A DNA stretch of 64,000 nt from Candidatus Latescibacterota bacterium. GTDB lineage: Bacteria > Latescibacterota > UBA2968 > UBA8231. Positions 1 to 10,972 of the stretch are shown piece after piece (the first letter of the stretch is position 1; each line of letters opens with the position of its first letter). Both the position numbers and the translations under genes were made by a program. The notes beneath the pieces were generated by a model. That model searched no databases. It was not told the DNA's origin and saw only the letters and a program-made list of their open reading frames with translations. Location of the stretch: assembly GCA_965223905.1 (NCBI GenBank), contig CBDCXV010000009.1, forward strand, positions 800,001 through 864,000. The letters run 5' to 3'.

Positions 1-395
1 TTGCGGGCCATCCATCCTGTGAGCGCCGCAGAGCTGCATGTGGGCTTTATGCGATCCTATCACTGCCCGGGTCTCCTTTTCCACGGAGTCTGTCGGGCAG
101 TCGCTGCGGCCGAAGGTGCAGGTGAGCAGCGTTTCCCTCCGCCGGCCTCGGTCAGCAGCGGTCATTCTCTCCTGAGATTCAGACAGGCCGGGTCGACGGA
201 CGCATCTGCCGGCACTGTATCCACACTGTCATCTTCGTAGATTAGCGACCGTGGGCAGAGCAACCCGGGGTCCATGGGTCCCTTCTTCGCATCCGCAGAT
301 CATGCTCTCGGGGAGGCCGGCCAGAGGCTGTCTGCTGCAACCGGTATCCACTGGGAATCCCCCAGAGAGCTGGTTTTTCAACACCCCCGAGCGAG

Positions 396-1208
396 ATGGC
401 GGATCCCTTCTACAAAAAGAGCATCATCACCACCGGGGCTTCCTCCGGGTTGGGGGCCGCCCTCGCCCTGGAGCTGGCCCGCCGCGGGGCGAACCTGGCG
501 CTGTTCTCCCCCGAGGCCGAGCAGCAGGAAGAGGTGGCCTCCCGCTGCCGGCAGCTGGGTGGGGAGGCGGTGGCCGTGATCGGCGACGTCACCAATCCGG
601 AGGACTGCAAGCGGTTGGCCGACGAGTGCGCCGGCCGCTTCGGCGGCGTCGACTACCTCGTCGCCAACGCCGGCATCAGCATGTGGACCTCCTTCGAGGA
701 GGTCGAGGACCTCGAGATCTTCCGCCGCCTCACCGAGGTCAACTACCTCGGCGCCGTCAACTGCATCTACCACGCCCTGCCCCATCTCAAGAACAGCCGC
801 GGCATGATCGTGGCGATCACCTCCATCCAGGCGAAGATCGGCGTGCCCAAGCACACCGGGTACGTCGCTTCCAAGCATGCCCTGCAGGGGTTCTGCGAGG
901 CGTTGCGCCTGGAGCTGAAAGACGCGGGGGTCGACATACTGACGGTGCTGCCCCACTGGATCTCCGGGACCGACCTGCGCAAGAGGGCGGTCGGCAGGGA
1001 CGGCGGCATCCTCGGACGGGCGGCCCGCAAGCACAGCGGGGACGCGATCCCGGTCGACGAGGCCTGCCGCGCCATTGTCAGGGCGATGGAGAAGCGGCAG
1101 CGGGAGCTCGTCATGCCGGCCAAGCTGAAGGTCCTGCTCTGGCTGAGCCTGCTCAGCCCCCGGATCGCCGATGTCCTGATAGAGAGGGCGGTCGGCAGGC
1201 AGCGCTAG
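396..1208 (+). CDS. short-chain dehydrogenase/reductase (SDR) family oxidoreductase
   Basis: TGASSGLG Rossmann motif, NAG motif and YVASK (YxxxK) catalytic motif; 270 aa. Confidence 0.93.
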   Translation: MADPFYKKSIITTGASSGLGAALALELARRGANLALFSPEAEQQEEVASRCRQLGGEAVAVIGDVTNPEDCKRLADECAGRFGGVDYLVANAGISMWTSFEEVEDLEIFRRLTEVNYLGAVNCIYHALPHLKNSRGMIVAITSIQAKIGVPKHTGYVASKHALQGFCEALRLELKDAGVDILTVLPHWISGTDLRKRAVGRDGGILGRAARKHSGDAIPVDEACRAIVRAMEKRQRELVMPAKLKVLLWLSLLSPRIADVLIERAVGRQR

Positions 1209-1341
1209 TGTCCTTTCCCTGGATGTTCCCTCATTTCGCTGCCGGCCCGTTTTGCTTCGAGGCGTATCCCGGGCTCGCCGTTGCGGCCGGTTGTAGAGCC
1301 CCGGGGAGCTCAGCTGCAACGCCAATCCACAGGAGAGACAG

Positions 1342-2394
1342 ATGACCCCGAACCCGGAACCGAACAGACCCCTGTTCTCAAGTGGATTCACCCACACCGT
1401 GGGTCCCAGTCCCGCCATCGTCACCGGGGAGCCCGGCTCGTGGGACGACCGCGTCCTCGAAAGCGGCGACTGCATCAGGGTGGATGGCACCTGTTACTGG
1501 TACTACCACTCGTACTCGACCTGGGCGGACACCGATTACCAGATCTTCGTCGCCGCCGCGTCTGACCCGCTCGGCCCGTGGCGGAAGCACGGAGAGCTTC
1601 CGATCCTGACCCGGTCGGGCCGCCCCCACGAGAGCGGGCTCGTCGCCTGTCCCAAGGTCGTCAGGGACGGCGGGCGCTTCTGCATGGTGTACCTCTCCTG
1701 CGGGGAAAGCCCCTTCGGCTGGGGGTGGTCGGTCTCGCTCGCCCGTGCCGACAGCCCGCTGGGCCCGTGGATCAAGTACGAAGGGAACCCGATCATCGGC
1801 CACCAGCGCATGTGCTACCCGGCAGGGCTGGTCAAAGTGGAGGACAGGTGGTTCATGTTCGGCACCGAGCCCGATACCGTTCAGCTCGATTTCGGCCGCA
1901 TGCACGTCGCCACCGCCGACCGCCTCGAGGGGCCCTGGCAAGTCGGGGAGGAGCCGGCGCTGATAGAGGGGGAGAAGGGTGCCTGGGACGAAGGCGGGTT
2001 CTCCGAGTTCGAGGTCCTCCATTTCAACGGCCTGTTCCACGCCTTTTACGGGGGCAGCGAGCTCGCCGAGGTCAGCGATCCCTCCCACCTCGGCAGCGGC
2101 CCCTACACGGAGGAGGCCGAGAAGGCGCGGCTGAGCGTGCGCGAGAGCATCGGCTACGCCTGGAGCGAGGACGGCTTCGTCTGGACCAAGTTCGAGGGCA
2201 ACCCGGTCGTCCCCTACGCCAGCGTCCCCAACTGCGCCGCCATGGCCGAGGTCCACGCGATCATCGAGTACCCGCGCGTCTACTGCTACCACACGCTGCG
2301 CTACCTCGAGTGCCCCGAAGGGGAGAACCCGGAGTGGTTCGACCGCGGCTGGATCGAGCACCTGGGGATCCAGGTGCTGGAGGACCTGCCGTGA
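1342..2394 (+). CDS. five-bladed beta-propeller glycoside hydrolase-like protein (GH32/43/130-like clan)
   Basis: Repeated 'A-x-S-x-x-GPW-x-K...NPI' blades, WDD and WDEGG motifs, SEDGFVWTKFEGNPV; RBS AGGAGA upstream. Confidence 0.7.
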   Translation: MTPNPEPNRPLFSSGFTHTVGPSPAIVTGEPGSWDDRVLESGDCIRVDGTCYWYYHSYSTWADTDYQIFVAAASDPLGPWRKHGELPILTRSGRPHESGLVACPKVVRDGGRFCMVYLSCGESPFGWGWSVSLARADSPLGPWIKYEGNPIIGHQRMCYPAGLVKVEDRWFMFGTEPDTVQLDFGRMHVATADRLEGPWQVGEEPALIEGEKGAWDEGGFSEFEVLHFNGLFHAFYGGSELAEVSDPSHLGSGPYTEEAEKARLSVRESIGYAWSEDGFVWTKFEGNPVVPYASVPNCAAMAEVHAIIEYPRVYCYHTLRYLECPEGENPEWFDRGWIEHLGIQVLEDLP

Positions 2395-2563
2395 ACCGGC
2401 GGCCCTGCGGAAAGAGCGGATTTCCGCGCGGTCTCCGGGTGGCTCCGGAATCGCCGAGCCTGTCTGGTCGCCCGCCCGTAGGGCTCGGACCCGCGGCAGG
2501 TGACCGGGTCTCGGTCCAAAGCGACTTTTTCGCGGACTGCCAGATAGAAAGGATTGCAAGAGC

Positions 2564-3976
2564 ATGGACGAGCTATCGCTTCTGAACGACGACCAGTTGC
2601 GGCACTTCATCGTCAACGGCTACGTGATCGTGCGCCCCGGGCTGCCCGCCGGCCTGCACGAGAGGATCTACCGCGAGACCGGGACGGTGTTCGAAAAGGA
2701 GGGCAACCCGGGCAACAACCTCCTGCCGAGGGTCCCGGCGGTGCAGCAGATCCTCGACGCCCCCGAGGTCCGGGGGGCGCTGACCAGCATCCTCGGGGAG
2801 GGCTACTACTCGCAGCCCCACCGCCACTGCCACTTCAATCCGCCCGGCAGCAAGGGGCAGAACCTGCACCAGGACGGCAGCAGCCGGTGGTCCCACCACA
2901 CGCGACGGATCCTGCTTTTCTACTACCCCCAGGATACCCCTGAGGAGCTGGGCCCGACCGCGATCGTGCCGGGAAGCCATTACTACGCCACCAGGGAAGG
3001 GGTGGCCGCCTCCGAGGAGCTGCCGCTGTGCGGCGCGGCCGGGACCGTGGCGATCGTCCACTACGACCTCTTCCACCGGGCCAGCCCCAACCGCAGCGAC
3101 CGCAAGCGCTTCATGATGAAGTTCCTGTTCGCGCGCACCTTGGAGCCGCGGTCGCCGAGCTGGGGAAACCAGGGCTCCGGCTGGCCGGGTGACGGCAGCC
3201 CGCTGCCCCTCGACGCACCCGGCGTCCCGGACCGGAAGATGTACGAGCACGTCTGGGACTGGCACTGCGGCAGGACGGCCAACGGCGCCGCGGGCAACGG
3301 GCAGGCTTCCCCGGATTCGGCGGAGCGGGTGCCGGAGTTGCTGGCCGAGCTCGGTGGCGGCTGCGAGTCCGCCAGACTGCGGGCCGCCTACGCCTTGAAA
3401 GGAGCAGGCTCCGCCGCGGTCCCCGGGCTGACGCGGCTGCTGCGCGCCGATTCGCAGGAGCTGCGTCGCAACGCCTGCCACGCCCTGAGCGCCATCGGGG
3501 AGGCAGCCGTCGAGCCCCTGATCGACTCGCTGCAGCGGGGTGATGCAGCCGCGCACGAGCGCGCCGAGGCGGCCGAGACCCTGGGGGACATCGGCCTGGC
3601 GGCGCGGCCGGCCATACCGGCCCTGACGCGGCGGCTGCAGGACGAGTCGGCCGAGGTCCGCGCCCAGGCCGCCGAAGCGCTGGGAACGGTCGCCCAGTCG
3701 GAGCCGGCCGCGGCCCCGGCGCTGGCCACGGCCCTCGGCGACGAAGAGGACCTGGTGCGCCGCAACGCCGCCTTCGCCCTGATCCGGCTGGGGCCGCACG
3801 CGGAGCCGGCGATTCCGGCGCTGCGGGACGTGCTCTATGACAGGGACCGGTACGTGCGCGGCGACGCGGCACAGGCCCTGCTGCGGATAGGAACCCGGCA
3901 GGCTTGGGAGGCGGTGCTGCCTTTCCTCGAGACCTCGAGGTGGTGCCCCCTGACGACGAAGGAGAGCACCTACTAG
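2564..3976 (+). CDS. phytanoyl-CoA dioxygenase (PhyH)-like 2OG-Fe(II) oxygenase fused to HEAT repeats
   Basis: LHQD (HxD), GPTAIVPGSH and distal FHRA-x-PNRS motifs, followed by about 6 PBS-lyase-type HEAT repeats (AAEALG, RRNAAFAL). Confidence 0.85.
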   Translation: MDELSLLNDDQLRHFIVNGYVIVRPGLPAGLHERIYRETGTVFEKEGNPGNNLLPRVPAVQQILDAPEVRGALTSILGEGYYSQPHRHCHFNPPGSKGQNLHQDGSSRWSHHTRRILLFYYPQDTPEELGPTAIVPGSHYYATREGVAASEELPLCGAAGTVAIVHYDLFHRASPNRSDRKRFMMKFLFARTLEPRSPSWGNQGSGWPGDGSPLPLDAPGVPDRKMYEHVWDWHCGRTANGAAGNGQASPDSAERVPELLAELGGGCESARLRAAYALKGAGSAAVPGLTRLLRADSQELRRNACHALSAIGEAAVEPLIDSLQRGDAAAHERAEAAETLGDIGLAARPAIPALTRRLQDESAEVRAQAAEALGTVAQSEPAAAPALATALGDEEDLVRRNAAFALIRLGPHAEPAIPALRDVLYDRDRYVRGDAAQALLRIGTRQAWEAVLPFLETSRWCPLTTKESTY

Positions 3977-4117
3977 GGCCGGGTGGTCCGGGCCCTCGCT
4001 GACATGCAGGTCCTAGTGAGATTCGCGGTGCCCCGCCGGCCCCTGTCTGCTCTCGACATCCTGCCGTCGTTGACGGTCCGTCCATCCCGCCGCGGTCCCA
4101 TTGGAGTGAACCACTGG

Positions 4118-6475
4118 ATGCTCAGGACAGCCATATCAGCGGTTCTGGTCATGGCCCTGACACTGCCGCCGCCGGCGTGCGCCCGGATTGAAAAGAGCGA
4201 CCTCCACATCGGGCTGTTGCTCGATACCCAGCCCCGCGAAACCGATTCCGGAAGCGATCTGGACTTCCTCAGGGAGGAGATCCACAAGGTGCTGGGGGCC
4301 GGCAGGTCGGTTCACTTCCTCCCGGAGCACCTGCGTTTCGGCGCGGGGCGCGCGGACTACCTGTCCCTGGCACACGACCCTGCGGTCGATCTGATCATTG
4401 CCGCGGGGCCGGCAGGCGCCGCGATGCTGGCCGCGGAGGGCGATCTGCCAAAACCGACGATCGCCGTGGGGATACTGGACGTGGAACTGCAGCGGATGCC
4501 GCTGGTCGAGCCCGGCGTATCCGGGGTGCCCAATTTCACCTATGTCCTCGGTACCCACTCGATCCGGAAGGACCTCGAAGCGTTCCACCGCATCCATCCC
4601 TTTGCCCATCTGGCCGTCATCGTCAGTGAAAGCCTGAAAGGCAAGCTGGATTTCGAGGGTTTCTTGCAACCCCTTGCCGCCCCTTTCGGGGCCCGGGTGG
4701 AGCTGGTCTTCTGGGGGGCGGAAGCGCCCCTCCCGGCGCTGAGCGACGCGGTCGATGCGGTCTATCTGGCGATGGTTTTCGAGCGCCGGCCCGAGGAGGT
4801 CGCCCCGCTGGCAGCGGCCCTTTCCGAGCGCAGGCTGCCTTCCTTTGCCATGAGCCGGTCTTATGTGGATGCGGGGATGATGGGCTGTATCGGCGACGAG
4901 AACGGCCGGGACCAGATCGTCCGCAGCCTTGCCCTGATCGTCGAGGGAGTCGTCCTGGGGGAGGAGCCGGCGGAGATGTCCCTGCGGCGCAATCTCGACG
5001 AGCAATGGGTGCTGAATGCCGAAACGGTCCGGAGGATCGGTCTCGACCTCTCTTTTGAAACGCTGTTTTCCGCCCGCTTCCTCAAAGCGGACGAACCGGC
5101 CGGGGATCGGCGCTTGAGTTTGCGGGAGATCATCGCGGAGGGTTTGCGGAGCAACCTCGACCTGCGCATCGAGAAGGCCAACGTCGACCTGGCAGGCCAG
5201 GATATGCGCCGGGCCAGGTTCTCCCTCCTGCCCACAGTAGAGGCCTCGGCCACCCTGTTGCAGATCGACCCGGACGCCGCGGAACGCGCTTTCGGTCAAC
5301 AGCCCGAGCGCACCGGCGCCGGCGCCGGCACCGTGCAGCAGGTACTGTTCTCCGAGCCGGTCCTGGCCAACCTCGAAATCCAGCGGTACCTCGCCGAGGC
5401 CGCCCGCCATCGAGCCGACCTGGTCGCCCTCGACGTGGTGCTGAACCTGGCGGCCGCCTACCTCGATATCCTGCTGGCCCGGACCGCGGGGCGGATTCAG
5501 GACGAGAACCTCGAAGCCTCGCGCCGCAACCTGAAGATCGCCCGCACCCGCCATGCCGTCGGCTATGCGGGCGTTGCCGACGTATTCCGCTGGGAAAGCG
5601 AAGTGGCCCGGGCAACCCAGGCCTCGATCGAGGCTTTCAACGCCCTGTACCTGGCCAAAGTGCAACTCAACCGATTGCTGAACCGGGCCGATATCGGCGA
5701 GGAGTTCGAAGTGGAGGATTCCCGGCTTTCCGACGATCTCTTCGGCGGCTTCGACCCGGCACGTATGGGGGATTTGATCGGCCGCGCAGGAGATGTGGAG
5801 ATCCTGACCGACTTCCTCGTCGAGGAGGCCCTGAAGAACATGCCTTCGCTGAAACAGCTGGAAGCCAACATGAAAGCGGCCGAACGCCGGCAGCGGATGA
5901 ACTACCGGCAATACTACCTGCCATCGGTGGCTTTGCGGGGGCAGGCCGACTACACCTTCTGGCGCGCCGGCAAGGGGATGCCGCCGGCCTCCGCGGCTCC
6001 CCTCGATGAAACCTGGAACCTCGCCCTTCACTTCACCTATCCCCTCTTCCAGGGCAACCAGCGCAAGGTTGCCGTCGACCAGACCGCGATCCAGCAGCGG
6101 CAGTTCCGACTCCGGGAAGAGAGCTTGCGCCAGCAGCTCTCCCAGGCCGTCCGGGTGCGCATGGCGAACCTGGTTTCCAGGAGCACCAACATACACTTTG
6201 CGAATGTGGCCGCTGCCAGCGCCCGCAAGAACTTCGAGCTGGTGCAGGATGCCTATGAAAAGGGCCAGCTGGGAATCGCCCAGCTGGTGGATGCGCAGCG
6301 AGCCGCCCTCTCCGCGCGCCAGGCGGAGGCCGGTGCGGTCTACGAGTACCTGGTCAGCTATCTGCAGCTGGAAAACAGCGTCGGGGGGTACACCATGTTC
6401 ATGACTCCCGAGGAGCAGGATGCCTTTGTCGGGCGCCTGACCGCCTTCTTCTCCGAAAGAAAAAGGGCACCATGA
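4118..6475 (+). CDS. TolC-family outer-membrane efflux protein with N-terminal substrate-binding-like domain
   Basis: Signal peptide; C-terminal half has OEP repeats (LSLREIIAEGLRSNLDL, SLLPTV, YEKG); first gene of an RND operon; start chosen at ATG 4118. Confidence 0.82.
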   Translation: MLRTAISAVLVMALTLPPPACARIEKSDLHIGLLLDTQPRETDSGSDLDFLREEIHKVLGAGRSVHFLPEHLRFGAGRADYLSLAHDPAVDLIIAAGPAGAAMLAAEGDLPKPTIAVGILDVELQRMPLVEPGVSGVPNFTYVLGTHSIRKDLEAFHRIHPFAHLAVIVSESLKGKLDFEGFLQPLAAPFGARVELVFWGAEAPLPALSDAVDAVYLAMVFERRPEEVAPLAAALSERRLPSFAMSRSYVDAGMMGCIGDENGRDQIVRSLALIVEGVVLGEEPAEMSLRRNLDEQWVLNAETVRRIGLDLSFETLFSARFLKADEPAGDRRLSLREIIAEGLRSNLDLRIEKANVDLAGQDMRRARFSLLPTVEASATLLQIDPDAAERAFGQQPERTGAGAGTVQQVLFSEPVLANLEIQRYLAEAARHRADLVALDVVLNLAAAYLDILLARTAGRIQDENLEASRRNLKIARTRHAVGYAGVADVFRWESEVARATQASIEAFNALYLAKVQLNRLLNRADIGEEFEVEDSRLSDDLFGGFDPARMGDLIGRAGDVEILTDFLVEEALKNMPSLKQLEANMKAAERRQRMNYRQYYLPSVALRGQADYTFWRAGKGMPPASAAPLDETWNLALHFTYPLFQGNQRKVAVDQTAIQQRQFRLREESLRQQLSQAVRVRMANLVSRSTNIHFANVAAASARKNFELVQDAYEKGQLGIAQLVDAQRAALSARQAEAGAVYEYLVSYLQLENSVGGYTMFMTPEEQDAFVGRLTAFFSERKRAP

Positions 6476-7578
6476 AGCGAGGTAGGGTTCAAAGGGGGAA
6501 TTCCGAAGCCGCGGGAGTTTGTGTCCTGGCGTTGGGTTTGTGGGTCGGGTGTGGGGGCGAGTCGCCGGTCCCGGAACCGGTCCGCCCGGTGAAGTACGCC
6601 GAGGTTCGCCCCGCAAGTGCCGTGCGGAGCCAGCGTTTTTCCGGCACCGCAAAAGCCGGCATCGAGGCCAAGCTCAGCTTCAGAACCGGAGGGCTCATCG
6701 AAGCGATCGACGTGAAGGCGGGCGACCGGGTCGAAACCGGCCAGCGCATGGCCGCCCTCGACAACCGGGATGCGGTTCTCGCCTACCAAAGGGCGAAGGC
6801 GGCGCTGGAGAACGCCCGGGTGCAGAAGGCCAATGCCCAGTCCAGTCTCACCCGTGTACGGCAGCTCTACCAGGCCGACAATGTATCCCTCGCCGAGTAC
6901 GAACAGGCCAAGACCGGCTTTGCCGCGGCCACCTCCAGCTACGAGTCGGCCGGGAAGAGCCTGGATCTGCAGGAGCGCCAGCTGAGATACAACGAGATAT
7001 ACGCCCCTGTCGCCGGCATCGTCTCCGCGGTCCGCTACGAGGTCAACGAGGTGATCCAGGCCGGGGCGCCGCTGGTGGAGCTGAGCGCGGGCGAGGATAT
7101 CGAAATGGAGGTGGGTGTGCCCGAGGGCTATATCGCCCTGATCGAGACCGGAGTGCCGGTGCGCGTGCGTTTCTCGGCCCTTCCCGGGGTGGATTTCGCC
7201 GCCCGGGTGCGCGAGATCCCCTACGCGCTCGACGCCTCCAGCACCTATCCCGTAAGAGTGCGTCTCGACGCCCCTTCCCCGTCCATCCGGCCCGGCATGG
7301 CCGGCGAGGTGGAGTTTCGCTTCGGCACCGGAGGGCCTTCGGATCCGCTCGTGGTACCGGTCAAGGCGGTGGGGGAAGACGCCCAGGGCAGGTATGTCTT
7401 TGTCATTGAGGGGGTCGACAACGGCCTGGGGACGATCCGCCGAAGGCCGGTCCGCATCGGCGGACTGGTGGCGGACGGTTTTGTCGTGGAAGAGGGGCTC
7501 GCCGAAGGGGAGCTGGTCGCGACTGCGGGCCTCGGATCCCTGATGAACGGGATGAAGGTGCGGCTCCTGGAAGAGTGA
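6472..7578 (+). CDS. RND efflux periplasmic adaptor (membrane fusion protein)
   Basis: Lipobox-like VGC, VRPVK, LSFRTGG..I..I.VK.GD.V..GQ, IYAPVAG.V, RPGM, GL.EGE.V motifs; ATGA overlap with upstream gene. Confidence 0.92.
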   Translation: MKRGRVQRGNSEAAGVCVLALGLWVGCGGESPVPEPVRPVKYAEVRPASAVRSQRFSGTAKAGIEAKLSFRTGGLIEAIDVKAGDRVETGQRMAALDNRDAVLAYQRAKAALENARVQKANAQSSLTRVRQLYQADNVSLAEYEQAKTGFAAATSSYESAGKSLDLQERQLRYNEIYAPVAGIVSAVRYEVNEVIQAGAPLVELSAGEDIEMEVGVPEGYIALIETGVPVRVRFSALPGVDFAARVREIPYALDASSTYPVRVRLDAPSPSIRPGMAGEVEFRFGTGGPSDPLVVPVKAVGEDAQGRYVFVIEGVDNGLGTIRRRPVRIGGLVADGFVVEEGLAEGELVATAGLGSLMNGMKVRLLEE

Positions 7579-7606
7579 GCCGCCCCAGGCCTGAACCCGA
7601 GATACA

Positions 7607-10600
7607 ATGAACCTCACCAGAATCGCACTGGACAACAGCCGCGTCACCATCGTGGCCCTGCTCGTCGTCGGGGTACTCGGTCTGGCCGGCTACCGGACGA
7701 TGCCGCGCGACAGCATGCCCCCCTACACGGTCCGGGCCGCCTCGGTAGTGACCACCTTCCCCGGGGCCGGTCCCGAGCGCGTCGAGGCCCTGATCACCAG
7801 CAGGATCGAGGAAGTCGCGCAGGAGTTGCCCGAGCTGAAGAACGTCTCCAGCGAGTCGCGGACCGGCCTGTCGGTAGTGGCGGTAGAGCTCGAACAGGGA
7901 GTACCGCCGGACGAGCTCCAGGCCGTGTGGGATCGATTGCGGCGCAGGATGGAGGCCATTCGCCCGGATTTGCCGGAAGGCACCTACGGCCCCGAGGTCC
8001 TGGACGATGGCATCGGGGCGGTGTACGGCATCGTGATCGGCCTGACCGGAGATGGTTTCACCTTTGCCGAACTCGAGGCCTGCGCCAGGGAACTGCGGGA
8101 CGACCTCATCAAGCTGCCGGGCGCCTCGGATGTGAGAACGGGCGGAATCCAGGAGGAGCGGATATACCTGCAGTTCAACGACGCCAGGATGGCGGAGCTG
8201 GGCCTCTCGGCCCAGAAGATCAAGAACGACATCGCCAGCACGAACATCGTTTTTGCCGGCGGCGAGGTCAGCCTGGAGGATGAACGCCTGGTGCTCGAAC
8301 CGACCGGCAGCTACGCCGATCTCGAGGACCTGGGGAGGACGTTGATAGCGGTGGGCAAGGGGGGGAGGGTGTACCTCGGGGACATTACCCGCATCGCGCG
8401 GGAGTACGAGACACCCAGGCAGCGCCTGGTCAGGATCGACGGACAGCCGGGGCTGTCTCTCTCGGTGGCGCTCAGTGAAGGGGCGAACATCATCGAGCTG
8501 GGAAAGGAGGTAGACCGACTGGTAGCCCTCCACCGGGCGCGGGCTCCCCTGGGGATAACCTTCAGCAGGGTGGCCTCCCAGGATATCGAGGTGGAGAAAT
8601 CGGTCGCCAACTTCACCAGCAACCTCCTGCAGGGCGTCGCCGTCGTGCTGGTTGCCATGCTGCTCTTCCTGGGGCTGCGCACCGGCCTGGTAGTGGCCAG
8701 CCTCATTCCCATGACCATTGTCGCGACCCTTTTCATCATGGGTGCTGCTCGATATCGGTCTCAACCAGGTGTCGCTGGCGGCGCTGATCATGGCGCTGGG
8801 CATGCTGGTGGACAATGCCATCGTGGTGTCGGAAGCGATCGTGGTGAAGATGGAAAGGGGCACCGAGGCCAGAGAGGCCGCCATCGAGTCGGCTCGCGAG
8901 CTGGCGGTGCCGCTCCTGGTCTCGTCGCTGACCACCTCGGCCGCCTTCCTTTCCTTCTTTCTGGCCCCGTCCATCATGGGCGAGATGATGGGTCCCCTGT
9001 TCAGCGTGATTTCCATAGCGCTGCTCTCATCCTGGCTGCTCTCCCTGACCATGGTCACGTTGCTGGCGGTGTTCTTCCTGCGGGTGAAACAGCAGGCCGC
9101 CCGGTCCGGGAGAAGCAACCTCATCGAGCGCTTGAACGGCTATTACGAAGAATTGCTGTTCAAGGCCCTTCAGCGCCCCTGGTCGTTTACGGCAATCATC
9201 GCCGGTTTGTTTGTAGTGTCGCTTCTGGGATTTGGTTTTTTGCCGTTCATCTTCTTTCCCGACAGCCAACGCAACCTGTTGACGTTGAACCTCAGTCTGC
9301 CATTGGGCACCAGGATCGAGACTACGACGGCCCGGGTGCAGATGCTCGAGTCGTATATCGCCGACAGTCTCCTGGTGAGCCCGCAACGACCGCGCGGGGG
9401 TAACCGACTGGGCGGCCTTCATCGGCGAGGGGCCCCCTTCCTACGATCTGGGTTACCAGCCGGGGGAGGGCAGTCCGGGTTCGGCCCACCTGTTGCTGAA
9501 CACCAGTTCGGGCGAGGACAACCAGTGGATAATCGACCGCCTGGACGGCTTCAGCTTCCGCTCCTTTCCCGATGCCGAGGCAAGGGTTTCGAGGCTGTCC
9601 GGCGGTAGCGGAGGAAGTGACGTGGCCGTGCGGATAACAGGACCTGATCCCGACGGACTGTTCGCCATCGCCGAGCGCATCAAGCAACGGCTCAACGGAA
9701 TGACCGGCACGAAGAACATCGGGGACGACTGGGGGCCGAAGATCAAGAAAGTCGTCGTCGACATCGACCCGTCCAGGACCCGGAAGGCCGGTCTGACCAA
9801 CCAGGATATCGCCCTTTCGCTGCAGGCCGCGCTCGCCGGGTTCGATATGGGTGCCTTCCGCGAGGGCGACCAGAGCATACCCATCGTGCTGCGCCACGAG
9901 AGCAGCCAGGAGGTCGATGTGCGCCAGCTGGAGAGCCTGAACATTTTCGCCCAGGGATCGGGGAAAAACGTTCCGTTGGGACAGGTGGCGCAGGTTGTTC
10001 CGCAGTGGCAGCTGCCCAGGATCAAACGGCGCGACTTGAACCGCACCATGACGGTGACCTGCGACGCCGGGAGCGGATTCACCGCGAAGGATGTCACCGA
10101 CGCCCTCGTCCCGTGGCTCGAGGAAGACAGCAGATCCTGGAAGCAGGGCTATCGCTACGAACTGGGCGGCGAGTCGGAGGAAAGCGGCGATGCCATGGGT
10201 GCCGTCATCTCGAAGCTGCCCCTGTCCGCCTTCATCATCCTGGGGCTGCTGATCCTCCAGTTCAACTCCATCCGCAAGACCTTCATCGTCCTGAGCACCA
10301 TCCCTCTCGGCCTGATCGGGGTGGTCGCCGGGTTGCTGGTCTTCGGCTCGTTCTTCGGCTTTTTCGCCTTTCTCGGGTTGATCTCCCTGGCGGGCATCGT
10401 CATCAACAACGCCATCGTTCTCCTGGACCGCATACAAACCGAACAGGACCGGTCCGGGCGGGCGTCCGTCGATGCGATTGTCGCCGCGGCGCAGCAGCGT
10501 TTCCGCCCCATCCTGTTGACCACCTGCACGACGACCCTTGGGCTCGTTCCCCTATACTTCGGCGGCGGCCTGATGTGGGAGCCGATGGCGGTGGCCATCA

Positions 10601-10683
10601 TGGTGGGCCTGCTCTTTGCTACAGTGATCACCTTGCTGTTCGTGCCGGTGCTGTACAAGATCCTCTTTGGCGTCAGAGACTGA
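7607..10683 (+). pseudogene. AcrB/AcrD/AcrF-family RND permease split by two 1-bp frameshifts (pseudogene or sequencing error)
   Basis: Three consecutive frames (7607-~8742, ~8743-~9400, ~9401-10683) join into one ~1020-aa RND permease with LGMLVDNAIVV, GIVINNAIVLLD and RFRPILLT; the second shift is in a G5 run. Confidence 0.9.
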
Positions 10684-10972
10684 CCTGCCGTTTTCAATCT
10701 ACAACGGAAAGATCGAGCCAAGGTGAGCCGGCCAGCTGCGGCGACCGGCACGAGTGGAAGCCTGACCCGGAGCGGCTGGCGCGGCGGTATGAGCGGTTCC
10801 GCACGCAGGTTTCGATGAACGCAGGGGCTTGGCCCCTCTATTGGCGTGGCCATCGTAGTGGGCTTGCTTCACCCACCGTGATTCACCATTCTGTCCGTTC
10901 CGGCCGTTCCGGTACTCAGCAAGATTCTCTTTGTCAACATTGAAAGTGAAACAGGTGATGAAAGGGGCTGAT

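Noticed and set aside
1-240. CDS at the window start
   Set aside because: No recognisable motif or RBS; cannot be supported from this window
8735-9405. Programmed frameshifting in the RND permease (and in parB at ~44852)
   Set aside because: No slippery heptamer; single-base indels, two of them in short G/C runs, recur across unrelated genes, which is more consistent with sequencing error or decay; needs read-level checking
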